Of a DNA stretch of 64,000 nucleotides, positions 19,160 to 28,706 are shown piece after piece. The position numbers and the translations under genes are program-made. The stretch's first letter is position 1. The number at the start of each line of letters is the position of its first letter. The DNA is taken from the NCBI GenBank assembly GCA_951813565.1, contig OX638351.1, forward strand, positions 4,800,001 through 4,864,000, in the 5' to 3' direction. The notes beneath the pieces were generated by a model. That model had not been told where the DNA came from. It saw only the letters and a program-made list of their open reading frames with translations, and did no database searches. This DNA comes from an uncultured Poribacteria bacterium (GTDB lineage Bacteria; Poribacteria; WGA-4E; WGA-3G).

Positions 19160-20965
19160 ATGTTCAATCGCCAAGAGGCAACAGATACCCCGCACCTAAA
19201 CCTGACCTTAATTGAAAAAATTAGGCGAAAATACGATTTAACACCTTCCATCACGCTAATCCTCGGACTGACAACACTATTTTTTGTCATATTCCTTATA
19301 TACCCCCTCCTTTATGTTTTTAAAGAAGCATTCTGGGTTGAAAATAAATTGACCCTGAAATATTTTGAACTCATGGTAACCGATCCAAACAAAAGAGAAC
19401 TGGTTATCAACAGTTTCAAGATCGGCATAATGGTTACACTGATGACGAGCATCATTAGCCTTCCGTTGTCATACTTTCTCACCCGTTATCGGTATCCAGG
19501 TCGGAATCTGTTGCGTTCCATCATTCTAATTCCGATGATAATGCCGCCTTTCGTTGGTGCCATCGGCATGCAAAAGTTTTTCGGACAATATGGCAGCATA
19601 AACATGTTTCTTGCCAAACTTAATCTGATGGATTTTACCGAAGCTGAACCCATTGACTGGTTTGGTGGCGGGTTCTGGGGTGTAGTGTTGCTGTCAACTT
19701 TGCATCTTTACCCGATAATGTATCTAAACATTGTTGCTGCACTGGCAAATGTTGATCCGAGTTTAGAGGAAGCAGCAGAGAATCTTGGGGCATCAAGGTT
19801 TCAAATATTCAGGAGAATAACACTGCCTTTGATGATGCCCGGTTATTTTGCTGGCGCGATTCTCGTCTTTATCTGGGCATTCACAGACCTCGGCACGCCA
19901 CTCATTTTTGACTATAACAAAGTGATTGCAGTAGAAATCTTCCGACTTGTGGTTGCTGCAAACTTGAATCCGATGGGTTATGCGCTTGTAGTCCTTGTTA
20001 TTGTGTTGACAGCACTCGCTTTTTACGCCTCTAAACGATGGACAGGAAGCAAACATTATGAAATGCTCGGACGGGGACACGTAACCTCACGGGAGGTAGA
20101 TGCAAAGTGGGGGATGCGATGCATCATTTACACATTTATCGGCGGATTGACGTTTACTGCATTACTACCACATATCAGCGTTATTTTGGTATCCTTAACA
20201 CCGGATGCAAGCCAATGGAACTTAACTGTGCTGCCGAAATCGTTGACCTTTTCACACTATATTGAGACGTTTACACATTCCGACACACTACCGAGCATTC
20301 TCAACAGTCTGAAATACAGTATCTTCAGCACGTTAATTGCACTTATTGTCGGTGTAGCAATCGCATATCTCCTCACACGTAAACGCATTCCGTTCCAAAA
20401 TTTGTTAGATGCGGTTGCAATGTTACCCTTAGCACTACCTGGTGTCGCGATTGCCTTCGGATATATGGGCAGTTTCTCAGACACTTCTTTTCTGCTACGG
20501 AATCTTCCAGAGGGTCTTATTGCTGTTATTGATCCGAGAAAAAATCCAACGTTTCTCTTAATTGTTGGTTATGCTGTGCGGCGGTTGCCGTATATGTTAC
20601 GTTCAATATATGCGGGTTTCCAGCAAACCAGCATAAGCTACGAAGAAGCATCACAGAACATGGGCGCAACGCCAGTTAGAACCCTTTATAAAATCACGTT
20701 ACCATTGGTATTTGCGAATATCCTTGCTGGTGCTATTCTGGTTTTCTCCTTTTCTATGCTTGAGGTAAGTGAAAGCCTGATTTTAGCAACGCAAAATCAG
20801 TACTATCCCATTACAAAAGCAATTTGGTCGCTCTCCCAACGCGTTGGACAAGGCCCGTACATCGCAAGCGCACTTGGCGTTGTCGGGATGTTAATATTAA
20901 TTGCTTGTTTGCTTGGGGCAGGTCGTGTTCTTGGTGGAAAGTTAGGCGAAATATTCAGGATTTAG
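19160..20965 (+). CDS. Fe(III)/thiamine-type ABC transporter permease (FbpB/ThiP-like, two TM domains)
   Basis: Two EAA loops (LEEAAENLGA, YEEASQNMGA); many TM helices. Confidence 0.85.
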   Translation: MFNRQEATDTPHLNLTLIEKIRRKYDLTPSITLILGLTTLFFVIFLIYPLLYVFKEAFWVENKLTLKYFELMVTDPNKRELVINSFKIGIMVTLMTSIISLPLSYFLTRYRYPGRNLLRSIILIPMIMPPFVGAIGMQKFFGQYGSINMFLAKLNLMDFTEAEPIDWFGGGFWGVVLLSTLHLYPIMYLNIVAALANVDPSLEEAAENLGASRFQIFRRITLPLMMPGYFAGAILVFIWAFTDLGTPLIFDYNKVIAVEIFRLVVAANLNPMGYALVVLVIVLTALAFYASKRWTGSKHYEMLGRGHVTSREVDAKWGMRCIIYTFIGGLTFTALLPHISVILVSLTPDASQWNLTVLPKSLTFSHYIETFTHSDTLPSILNSLKYSIFSTLIALIVGVAIAYLLTRKRIPFQNLLDAVAMLPLALPGVAIAFGYMGSFSDTSFLLRNLPEGLIAVIDPRKNPTFLLIVGYAVRRLPYMLRSIYAGFQQTSISYEEASQNMGATPVRTLYKITLPLVFANILAGAILVFSFSMLEVSESLILATQNQYYPITKAIWSLSQRVGQGPYIASALGVVGMLILIACLLGAGRVLGGKLGEIFRI

Positions 20966-21483
20966 AGATGTCGCGAGCTGGATCTCGCTCACAAGATTCC
21001 GTGTGGAATGTCTTGAAAATTATCACAAAGCATGGTATATTTTAAACACCCGCTAACAGATATTTTGAGGTAGAAACATAAGGATTCCATCTATGAATCG
21101 TCATGCATAAGTTAGCTAAAAGCCCTTTGCGGTATCCGGGTGGTAAATCCAGAGCATTGAAACAGATTTTTCCACTAATTCCGCCGAACATTTCGGCGTT
21201 TCGCGAGCCATTTGTCGGTGGCGGTTCCGTTTATTTTGCTGTCCGAAGCATTTTTCAAAACCATATTAAATCCTACTGGATTAATGGCCTCAATTACGAT
21301 CTCTACTGTTTTTGGAAGCAGACGCGAGACAATGTCGCTGAATTAGTCGAGACACTAACAAACATAAAAGCGGACTATAGCAATGGCAGAACCCTATTTG
21401 CAAAATTAACGGAAGATAAGGATTTATTGAACCAAGACAGAGATATGCTACCTGAATTTGAACGTGCTGTGCGGTTCTTTGTT

Positions 21484-21700
21484 GTCATAGGTACCCACTA
21501 CCTAAAGGTAGGGGCTTGTGCTTCCTTGCGACTGCGGTTTTCTCAGAGAGTTGACCGTCTTATTGTCGCTCCACTTTAGGCAGCCAAGCCTGCCCGTTTG
21601 ATATTGATAGCAGCGTTGGTGTCTCTGTCGTGGTGTGACCCACATTCGGGACATGTCCACTGCCTATCAGAAAGAGAGAGTTCTTTGTTATGGTATCCAC
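21484..21700 (-). ncRNA. Predicted TnpB omega/reRNA scaffold (5' boundary approximate)
   Basis: Right-end region conserved between both copies; position inferred from known TnpB systems. Confidence 0.55.
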
Positions 21701-22688
21701 AATCACTACAAGGTTTTGTTGTTGCTATCCATTGAGAGATTCGCACAAGTTTTTTGCCGTGCTTCACACACTTCTGTTCCAATATCTGAAGAAACTGGTA
21801 GAAAGAATGGTCAGAAACTTTACGTCCCCATAATCGTTTCATACCGTCAAGGTTCAGCGTTTCAAAAATGAGTGTGTCAAACTCTACACAAAGTTCGTGG
21901 GCAAGTTTCCACTGCCAATCTTCTCTTTGTCGGGCAACTTTTCTGTGTTGCCTTGCCAAAGCACGACACGCACGATAATAGTTGTTAGAACCTTTGACTT
22001 TACGACTGAGTGCTTTGTTGAGAGATCGCAGCGTCTTGAGTGATTGTTTGAAAAACTGCGGGGATTCTATCTTGTTGCCTTCGTCGCTTGTGAGGAATGT
22101 TTTGTTTCCGTAATCAAATCCTGCGCTCTTACCCGTCTTAGATTTAGGTTCGGAATCGTCAACATTCTCGCACGAAAAGCATATCCAATAGTCACCGCAC
22201 CTGTCACATTTGATGGTGATCGTCTTGATTAGCCCTTTGATTTCACGGTGTTTGTGAAACGAAAACCATGTATCTATACAGTTGATTTTGATACGATTAT
22301 CTTCAAGTTTGTAGCCCGCTTGTGTGAAGGTCATGGAGTTGTATTTGTGTCTCGGTTTGATTTTCGGTCTACCCACTTTACGCGTTGTTTTACCTGATTT
22401 GCGGCTTGCTATATTTTGGAAAAATGCGTCTTGAGATTTACCATAACGTAGGACAACGTCTTGAACAACTTGACTTGGCAAGTCCGCCCAGTGTGGTTTA
22501 GTTGTCTTTTTAAGTTTTGTGACGTGTGCCTTCAGACGATACGCAGACAAATTTTTGCCGAACATGCGATAATACCTACGTGCCAAACGCATGATATGCA
22601 CATGGATTTGCCACATATCATCAAGCATATTACCAAGTTTGATTGTGTTAGATTGGTGTTGAAGTTTGAACTTGTGAGATTTTCTCAT
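21576..22688 (-). CDS. tnpB: TnpB RNA-guided endonuclease
   Basis: RuvC D (GFDYG), E (IFETL), D (DRDTNAAINI); CxxC-CxxC zinc ribbon. Confidence 0.95.
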   Translation of the reverse strand: MRKSHKFKLQHQSNTIKLGNMLDDMWQIHVHIMRLARRYYRMFGKNLSAYRLKAHVTKLKKTTKPHWADLPSQVVQDVVLRYGKSQDAFFQNIASRKSGKTTRKVGRPKIKPRHKYNSMTFTQAGYKLEDNRIKINCIDTWFSFHKHREIKGLIKTITIKCDRCGDYWICFSCENVDDSEPKSKTGKSAGFDYGNKTFLTSDEGNKIESPQFFKQSLKTLRSLNKALSRKVKGSNNYYRACRALARQHRKVARQREDWQWKLAHELCVEFDTLIFETLNLDGMKRLWGRKVSDHSFYQFLQILEQKCVKHGKKLVRISQWIATTKPCSDCGYHNKELSLSDRQWTCPECGSHHDRDTNAAINIKRAGLAA

Positions 22689-23321
22689 TGTCCACTTTGA
22701 CCTTCAATATAGTCTTTTATCACTTCAAGAGCTACAATATAGTATGATATATTATACCACATTGTGATTAGATTGAAAGTATATTTTAAATCAAAACTTT
22801 CGCCGTCTACATCCCCTACCTAAAGGCAGGGGGTTTGACGGGGAGTGCTAAACCGAATTACCTTCTCTGGTATTGTCGATTCAGGCGGATATTCACAAGC
22901 AGCTTATGAAAAACGATTTACTGATTCATCTATTGCGCGAGCTAAGATGATTTCGCAATATCTTTCGGGAGTCAAAATCACATGTGGAGATTACACTGAT
23001 TCGCTCTTCCAAGATGGTCAAGATGTCTTTATTTTTCTTGATCCTCCCTATTGGAAGGCGACTGAATCAAAACTGTATGGCACAAGAGGCACGTTGCATA
23101 CTTCATTTGACCATGCCCAATTCGCAGAAAATATGAAAAAATGTTCTCACAAGTGGTTGATAACCTATGATGATTCGCCTGTTATTCGGGAACTTTTTGA
23201 TTTTGCAGAAATTCAAGAATGGACTTTACAATATGGAATGAACAATTATAAAAAAGATTTCGCAGCAAAAGGGAATGAGTTGTTTATCAAAAATTACTGA
23301 TATAAGAGTAAGGAATTAGGT

Positions 23322-24503
23322 GTGAACACGGAAATCTTAAACTATTTTCTACCACCACGTATTGAATTTGGGGAAGGTGCCATCGCAAACTTGGCTGAAC
23401 ATGTTGCGGCTTTTGGTGGCAAAAAACCGCTTATCGTTAGCGATGCGGGTATCCGCAAAGTGGAAATATTAGATCAAGCGGTCGCGCCGTTAGACGATGC
23501 AGATTTACCTTATGCGACTTATGAGGATATTGAACCGAATCCCACAGATATAAGCATCGGGCAAGGTGTAGAAACCTATCGAAAAGAAAAATGTGATGTT
23601 GTTGTTGCCGTTGGTGGTGGGAGTGTGATGGATGCTGCAAAGGCTATCCGTCTCTTAACAACCCACGAGCCGCCATTGGAACCGTACTATGTTGACTCGG
23701 ATGGGGCAGATAGGATTCGCGGAGATATGCCACCTTTGATATGTGTGCCAACGACAGCGGGGACCGGTAGTGAAGTATCTCAAGGAGCAATCATTACCGA
23801 CACCTCATTACAGACGACTGATCGTTGGCGAAAGCGCGCTATTGTCACCCGCTATAATATGTCAAATCTTGCGCTGCTTGATCCTGTGTTGACCGTGGGA
23901 ATGCCACAAGCATTAACTGCAGCAACTGGCATGGATGCAATCACACATGGGATTGAGGCGTATGTAGCGACAAAATATCACCCAATTTCTGAAGGCGTAG
24001 CGTTGCAAGCATTGCAAATATTAGGAGCAAATATCCGAACAGCATATCACCATGGAGAAAACATTGAGGCGAGAGGAAAAATGTTGTTAGGTTCATGTAT
24101 GGCAGCATTTGCGTTTCAGAAAGGTCTCGGTGCGGTTCATTCCATTGCACACCAATTGTCAACAGACGCACCTATCCCGCACGGTGTCGCTAATGCAATA
24201 CTCCTACCTCCTGTGATGGAATTTAACCTGCCCCATGTGATTGACAAGTATGCTGATGTTGCTGATGCTTTAGGCGTTAATGTAGCAGGTATATCTAAAG
24301 GTGAGGCAGCGTGCGCCGCAATTGATGAAATTCGTGAATTAAACAAAGAGTTTAATATGCCCGAAGGACTCGGGGAAGCTGGATTAGACAGAGAAATGAT
24401 TCCGAAACTTGCAGCCGATTCAATGCTTGACCACTGTCATAAACTCAATCCGAGACAGTGTTCAGAACAAGATATGCTTTATTTGCTCAAGGAGGCTTTC
24501 TAA
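23322..24503 (+). CDS. Iron-containing alcohol dehydrogenase
   Basis: GGGSVMD, PTTAGTGSE, DAITHGIE, HSIAH, PHG motifs. Confidence 0.92.
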   Translation: MNTEILNYFLPPRIEFGEGAIANLAEHVAAFGGKKPLIVSDAGIRKVEILDQAVAPLDDADLPYATYEDIEPNPTDISIGQGVETYRKEKCDVVVAVGGGSVMDAAKAIRLLTTHEPPLEPYYVDSDGADRIRGDMPPLICVPTTAGTGSEVSQGAIITDTSLQTTDRWRKRAIVTRYNMSNLALLDPVLTVGMPQALTAATGMDAITHGIEAYVATKYHPISEGVALQALQILGANIRTAYHHGENIEARGKMLLGSCMAAFAFQKGLGAVHSIAHQLSTDAPIPHGVANAILLPPVMEFNLPHVIDKYADVADALGVNVAGISKGEAACAAIDEIRELNKEFNMPEGLGEAGLDREMIPKLAADSMLDHCHKLNPRQCSEQDMLYLLKEAF

Positions 24504-24863
24504 CTGTTTGAATGCAACGGGAAAGACAAACTATGGTGGATTATTGTAATAATTGGACACTTTACTTGTAGGAGCGATCTCCGAATCGCGACGAAACGGC
24601 TTGATAGTCGGGAATCGGAGTTCCCCCCGCCAAATACCATACGCGCATTTGGCGTTGATTCACAGTTCAAGAATGTCCAATTAATTCTAAAATCTACCAT
24701 AATTACGCTACTATAGTTTGGACAATTTGATCCTGTCAGGACTTCCGAATAAGTGTAAAAACTGCAATATAAAGGCTCTTGTATCTCTGAGTTTTGTATG
24801 AAATCACTGTATTTTGCGATATTTTTTGCCAAGATCGTCAAAAATGTGTAAATCTGCTCAGTT

Positions 24864-27040
24864 TCACGTAGTGTCTTCATCTATTTTTAGATTTTTTTCT
24901 AAGTTTTGTTTCGGATCGTTACTCGCAGAAAAATATTGTTGTTGGAAACATTGTCGCAAATAAGCGGTCATCAATCCGCGTGTCAGATGTTTCGCTTTAT
25001 ACCAATGCATATTTAGGGCAAGCAACACGTCTGCTACGCCAAGAGACACATCCTCGTTTTCTATATCCGATACTGTGTTTGTGAAAATGAGTTGTGTGAG
25101 ACTTGCTGCGACAAAACTCAGTTGTGCGAACCGGTTCAAACTTGGACGCTTTCGGATTTGATATGTATCAAAGCCGAAGTTCTGTTTAACATCCCGAAAT
25201 GCCGTTTCAATCTTCCACCGATTTTTATAGTGTCGGATGACATCGGCTACTGAGAGTTGTCCATCAGAAGTGAATAAACAAAAATACTGATAGGGTTTAG
25301 ACTTCTTTTTGCGTATGCGTATCACAACGAGCCTGACATCCTCTGGACACATCTTTGTGCGCACGATTTTATCTGCGACAGAAAGTGTCTCGTTTTTCAC
25401 GACAATATCTCTATACTTCAGATAGGGTAGATGCACACGATTTCCATAACGCCGTGGTCTACCTTGTTTCGGTTGTTTCGGTCGCGTAGGTATTTGATAG
25501 AACACAGCATTTGACTTTGCGCGACAGAGTAAATGATGTCCTTGTGAAAGGATCAAGGTAAACACTTTGCGTTTATTATAGTAAATCCCGTAATTACTTA
25601 TACACTTTTATAATATCATCAATAGAGGTCTCAGCGTTGTATTGACGTATCCGCTTGATGTTGGCGAAATCCTTCTCAATCGGGTTCAACTCCGGTGAAT
25701 ACGGCGGTAAAAACAACAAACTCGCACCGCAATCCCGGATCAATGCCGCCGTCTGTGAACCTTTGTGGAAAGACGCATTATCCATAATCACAACATGGCT
25801 ATCGTCAAGCAATGGACACAACATTTCCGAAAGCCAACTGTTGAAGGCGACCGCGTCGCAACTGCCCTCGAAAAGCACAGGTGCTGTGAAACATCCATCA
25901 AGCCTTGCAGCAATCAGCGTCGTGGTGGTATACCGATGGCTTGGCACTTTATCTTCAACACGGACACCTTTCGGGGCATAAGCATACCGACGGAAAGTGG
26001 TTTCAGTGAAACCACTTTCGTCAAGATAAACCGGTGTTTTGCCATGCGCCTGTGTCTCTTGTTGAAGTGCCGAAAGATACTCTTGGCGTTTTATCGGACA
26101 CTGTTCTTTGTAGGTCGTGGTCTTTTTTTTCGCGTGATATTGAGTTTTGAGAAGGCATAAAAGATGCCATTTGTTGAAACACCGAAGTGTTTAGCACGTT
26201 CGGCGAGTGTGGAATCTGGGAAATCGGCAACATGTTGCTGAAGTGCGTCATAATCAATATCTCGGGGCCCTTTGGGTCCCGGTTTTTCACAGGCGAAGGG
26301 GTCTTCTGCTTCCAACCAGTTATAGATCGTTCTTCTTGAGACACGAAAAGTGCGTTCTGCGGCGGCTTTACTGCCACCATTATTGATGAAATCAAGCACG
26401 CGTTTGCGTAAATCTGTTGAATATGCCATAATTATAAAGGCTAGCATAAATCCCAGAAAATGTAAACTTATTTTCAAGATCTACTATAAAACCTCTGTCA
26501 AATACGATGAGACCGGGTGGTATATTGGCACAGATGCGCTTGAGCACCTCAAGACTTGTATCCCGTTTTTTTTCCGGGACACATGACCCTCGCAGCTAAC
26601 GGAAAAAGCTGCGTGCCTTGTGGCGTTTCACAGAGCCATCCTATCGCACCGAACTCGTGTCCGTGGTGGAACTTGGATTGGTTCTTGTTTCGCTTCTGAT
26701 AACGGGTGTTTCTGAAGAAATGCGTGCCATATTGGTGAGAACCCGCATTGGTAGACTTGGTTTCATCATAGACATAGACACCCTCGCTGAAAACGGATTG
26801 AACTTGTTGTGTCAGAACTGATGCAAGTTCATCAGCACACCACAGGCTACGATTGAGAAACTTCGGCAACGCCCAATAGGTCGTTGAAGGTCTTGTTGAT
26901 TGATATATCTGTGTCATTGTTCCACGATGCGGTGTATTTATCAAACCTGAGACAATGGTGCGAAAATGATTAAAATTGTTATACTTGAAGAGAGGTCTAA
27001 AATCTGATAGCATGTGTTCTAAGCGGAAAAGAGGATCCAT
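24864..27040 (-). pseudogene. IS4/IS701-like transposase (frameshift in an A8 run plus IS630 insertion)
   Basis: YVYDET, reconstructed IVFDRGF|NKRKVF, YKNRWKIETAFRDVKQ (YREK-type motif). Confidence 0.85.
25579..26486 (-). mobile_element. IS630 family insertion sequence
   Basis: TA duplication at 25577-8 / 26487-8; orfA MAYSTDLRKRV..., A8G slippery site, -1 frame reads into YLDESG...MDNASFH...SPELNPIE. Confidence 0.9.
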
Positions 27041-27175
27041 TTTGATGTCCTTTCAAAATAGTGTTGTTATATTCTGAAAGGATAACCTCTTTTCTGCTTT
27101 TGTGTCAAAAAAACTTAAAACTGTCCAAAGTATAGTAATAATAAGCGAAACGTAAAAATATTTCTTCATATCAAA

Positions 27176-27928
27176 TTACTCCTTTGATAAATTTAAAAAA
27201 ACGTAGGGATCAATACCCCCATCGGGGTATGTGTAAATTTTGAAGTGACTTGGTATATCAGATTCTAAAATGATACCCTTTGTTATGTCACGAAAACCAT
27301 CGTCTGGATGTCCCGTAGAACGAGCAACATATCTTTCAACACTACCGTCCGGATATTCCCGTGTATCCCATTCAACGTAACGGACACCTTTTATGATCGG
27401 ATAAATGAGTCCACTTCGTTTATAAGTTGCTCCTTCAGCTTGTATACCTTGTTGATATAACTTAACTCGAACACGAACGAGTAACTCTTGATGAGGAATC
27501 TTTGACATATTCTCCCAGAAAACATTCTCCTTATCCTTTGGAATACCCATCTCCTCTGGAATTTCTGGATAGGGTCCAAAGCCATTTGGTGACACTGAGA
27601 CTTTTGCATCCGTTAGTGTTTCAGATTGCTGTTGTTCTGCCGCTTCCATATTACTTTCAGCTTCAGCGGTTACTTCTGTTATAGCTTTCTCTGCGGTTGG
27701 TGTCTCGCTTTCTGCAGGTACTATATCCATAGTCTGTTCCGCTACGCTGTTCGTATCATAGACTTTTTTGGCTGCCTCCGATTGGTGCAGCAGTTCCTCT
27801 GCCTCAGCAGCAGCCTTTCTCTCATCTGCCGTATCGTGCTGATACCACAACACGCACGCAACAGCAAACACAATCAGGAAGCCAATACCACCGAGAACCC
27901 ATTTGTTGGTGAGAATATCGCGATACAT
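27176..27928 (-). CDS. Hypothetical membrane-anchored protein
   Basis: AGGAGG RBS, N-terminal TM helix, acidic linker, VSPNGFGPYPEIP and GIDPYVFL motifs. Confidence 0.75.
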   Translation of the reverse strand: MYRDILTNKWVLGGIGFLIVFAVACVLWYQHDTADERKAAAEAEELLHQSEAAKKVYDTNSVAEQTMDIVPAESETPTAEKAITEVTAEAESNMEAAEQQQSETLTDAKVSVSPNGFGPYPEIPEEMGIPKDKENVFWENMSKIPHQELLVRVRVKLYQQGIQAEGATYKRSGLIYPIIKGVRYVEWDTREYPDGSVERYVARSTGHPDDGFRDITKGIILESDIPSHFKIYTYPDGGIDPYVFLNLSKE

Positions 27929-28082
27929 CGTAAACCTCCTTATGTTGTATGAAAAGAATAGAACAACCACGCCAAGCAAAATATAGATTTGCTTGCAATT
28001 TTAAACAATTATAACGTGAGTTTCATAAATTATTAGTATAACTACTTGTGCTAGTTACCCCTCTGTAAAGAACTAACCACTA

Positions 28083-28455
28083 TATATCCTACACTCCGCA
28101 CTTGTTTTAATAGGTTTTTATAATATCTGTGTAAACTCACATCACACATCTAAATTGTTTGCTAAATATAGACCACACAAGGGTTTATCAAATAAATATC
28201 GAAAAACGCGAATCAGAAGTGCGGAGTGTAGGATATATCGTTACAAGACATATATATAACCTACATTCCGCAGTTCTTTTTTAGTATTTTGGCACTTATT
28301 AAAGGTCTATAAACCCTTTTAGATATTGGATTCTTCAATTTTTTGTAATCTGATTGAATCCTGGAATTAATTCACATTAGGTCAAAAAACAGTGAAATTT
28401 GGGCATCAAAATTGCCATAAATCCTGTATTCATGCACTCCGGAATATAGGATATA
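28083..28455. repeat. Two adjacent MITE-like units with ATATCCTACACTCCGCAC inverted ends
   Basis: atatcctacactccgcac...gtgcggagtgtaggatat (about 28083-28238) and a degenerate second pair (about 28254-28455). Confidence 0.55.
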
Positions 28456-28476
28456 ATATTTTGTCTTATAACGATA

Positions 28477-28585
28477 ATTATACTTATACTTCATACAAAA
28501 GTCAACATAAATTTGCGCAATTTCTGTGAAATTTCGCAAATTATCGCAAATTTCTATTGACTTTTTGTATGACTTCTATTATAAC
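28477..28585. promoter_or_regulatory. Back-to-back sigma70 promoters within an inverted repeat
   Basis: Minus strand TTGACT-17-TATAAT (28505-28477); plus strand TTGACT-17-TATAAC (28557-28585). Confidence 0.65.
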
Positions 28586-28698
28586 TATAGTTCGGACAGT
28601 TTGCAATTAATGTTATCATACTTTTTCTAAAGTCCCAGCGGGCGAAATGTGTATAACTACAATTACAAATGAAAACTCAAAAACTGTCCAAACTATAG
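28585..28698. mobile_element. 114-bp MITE with ends of the IS4/IS701-like element
   Basis: ctatagttcggacagttt / aaactgtccaaactatag. Confidence 0.8.
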
Positions 28699-28706
28699 TA
28701 ATTACG

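Larger units (their letters stand above)
21484..22847 (-). mobile_element. IS200/IS605-family non-autonomous element (tnpA deleted, tnpB intact)
   Basis: Subterminal hairpins cccctgcctttaggtagggg (LE) and cccctacctttaggtagtggg (RE); no TSD; inserted 3' of TTAG on its own strand; RE ends TGAC. Confidence 0.92.
21103..23300 (+). pseudogene. Dam/D12-class DNA adenine methyltransferase interrupted by a TnpB element
   Basis: SPLRYPGGKS, EPFVGGGSV, DPPY. Joining 21483 to 22848 restores an in-frame 277-aa ORF (...FFV|LNRITFSG...). Confidence 0.9.
24711..27135 (-). mobile_element. IS4/IS701-like DDE insertion sequence, interrupted by IS630
   Basis: TIRs ctatagtttggacaattt / aaactgtccaaagtatag enclose the transposase fragments. 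Confidence 0.85.

Noticed and set aside
21576..22688. Cas12f or nuclease-dead TldR
   Set aside because: No CRISPR array; transposon ends are present; all three RuvC acidic residues are retained.
21484..22847. IStron (self-splicing) or IS607-type element in the methylase
   Set aside because: The element is antisense to the methylase with no room for a group I intron core. The hairpin ends, TnpA tail and lack of a serine recombinase fit IS200/IS605. The apparent GT duplication disappears once the RE is defined from the second copy.
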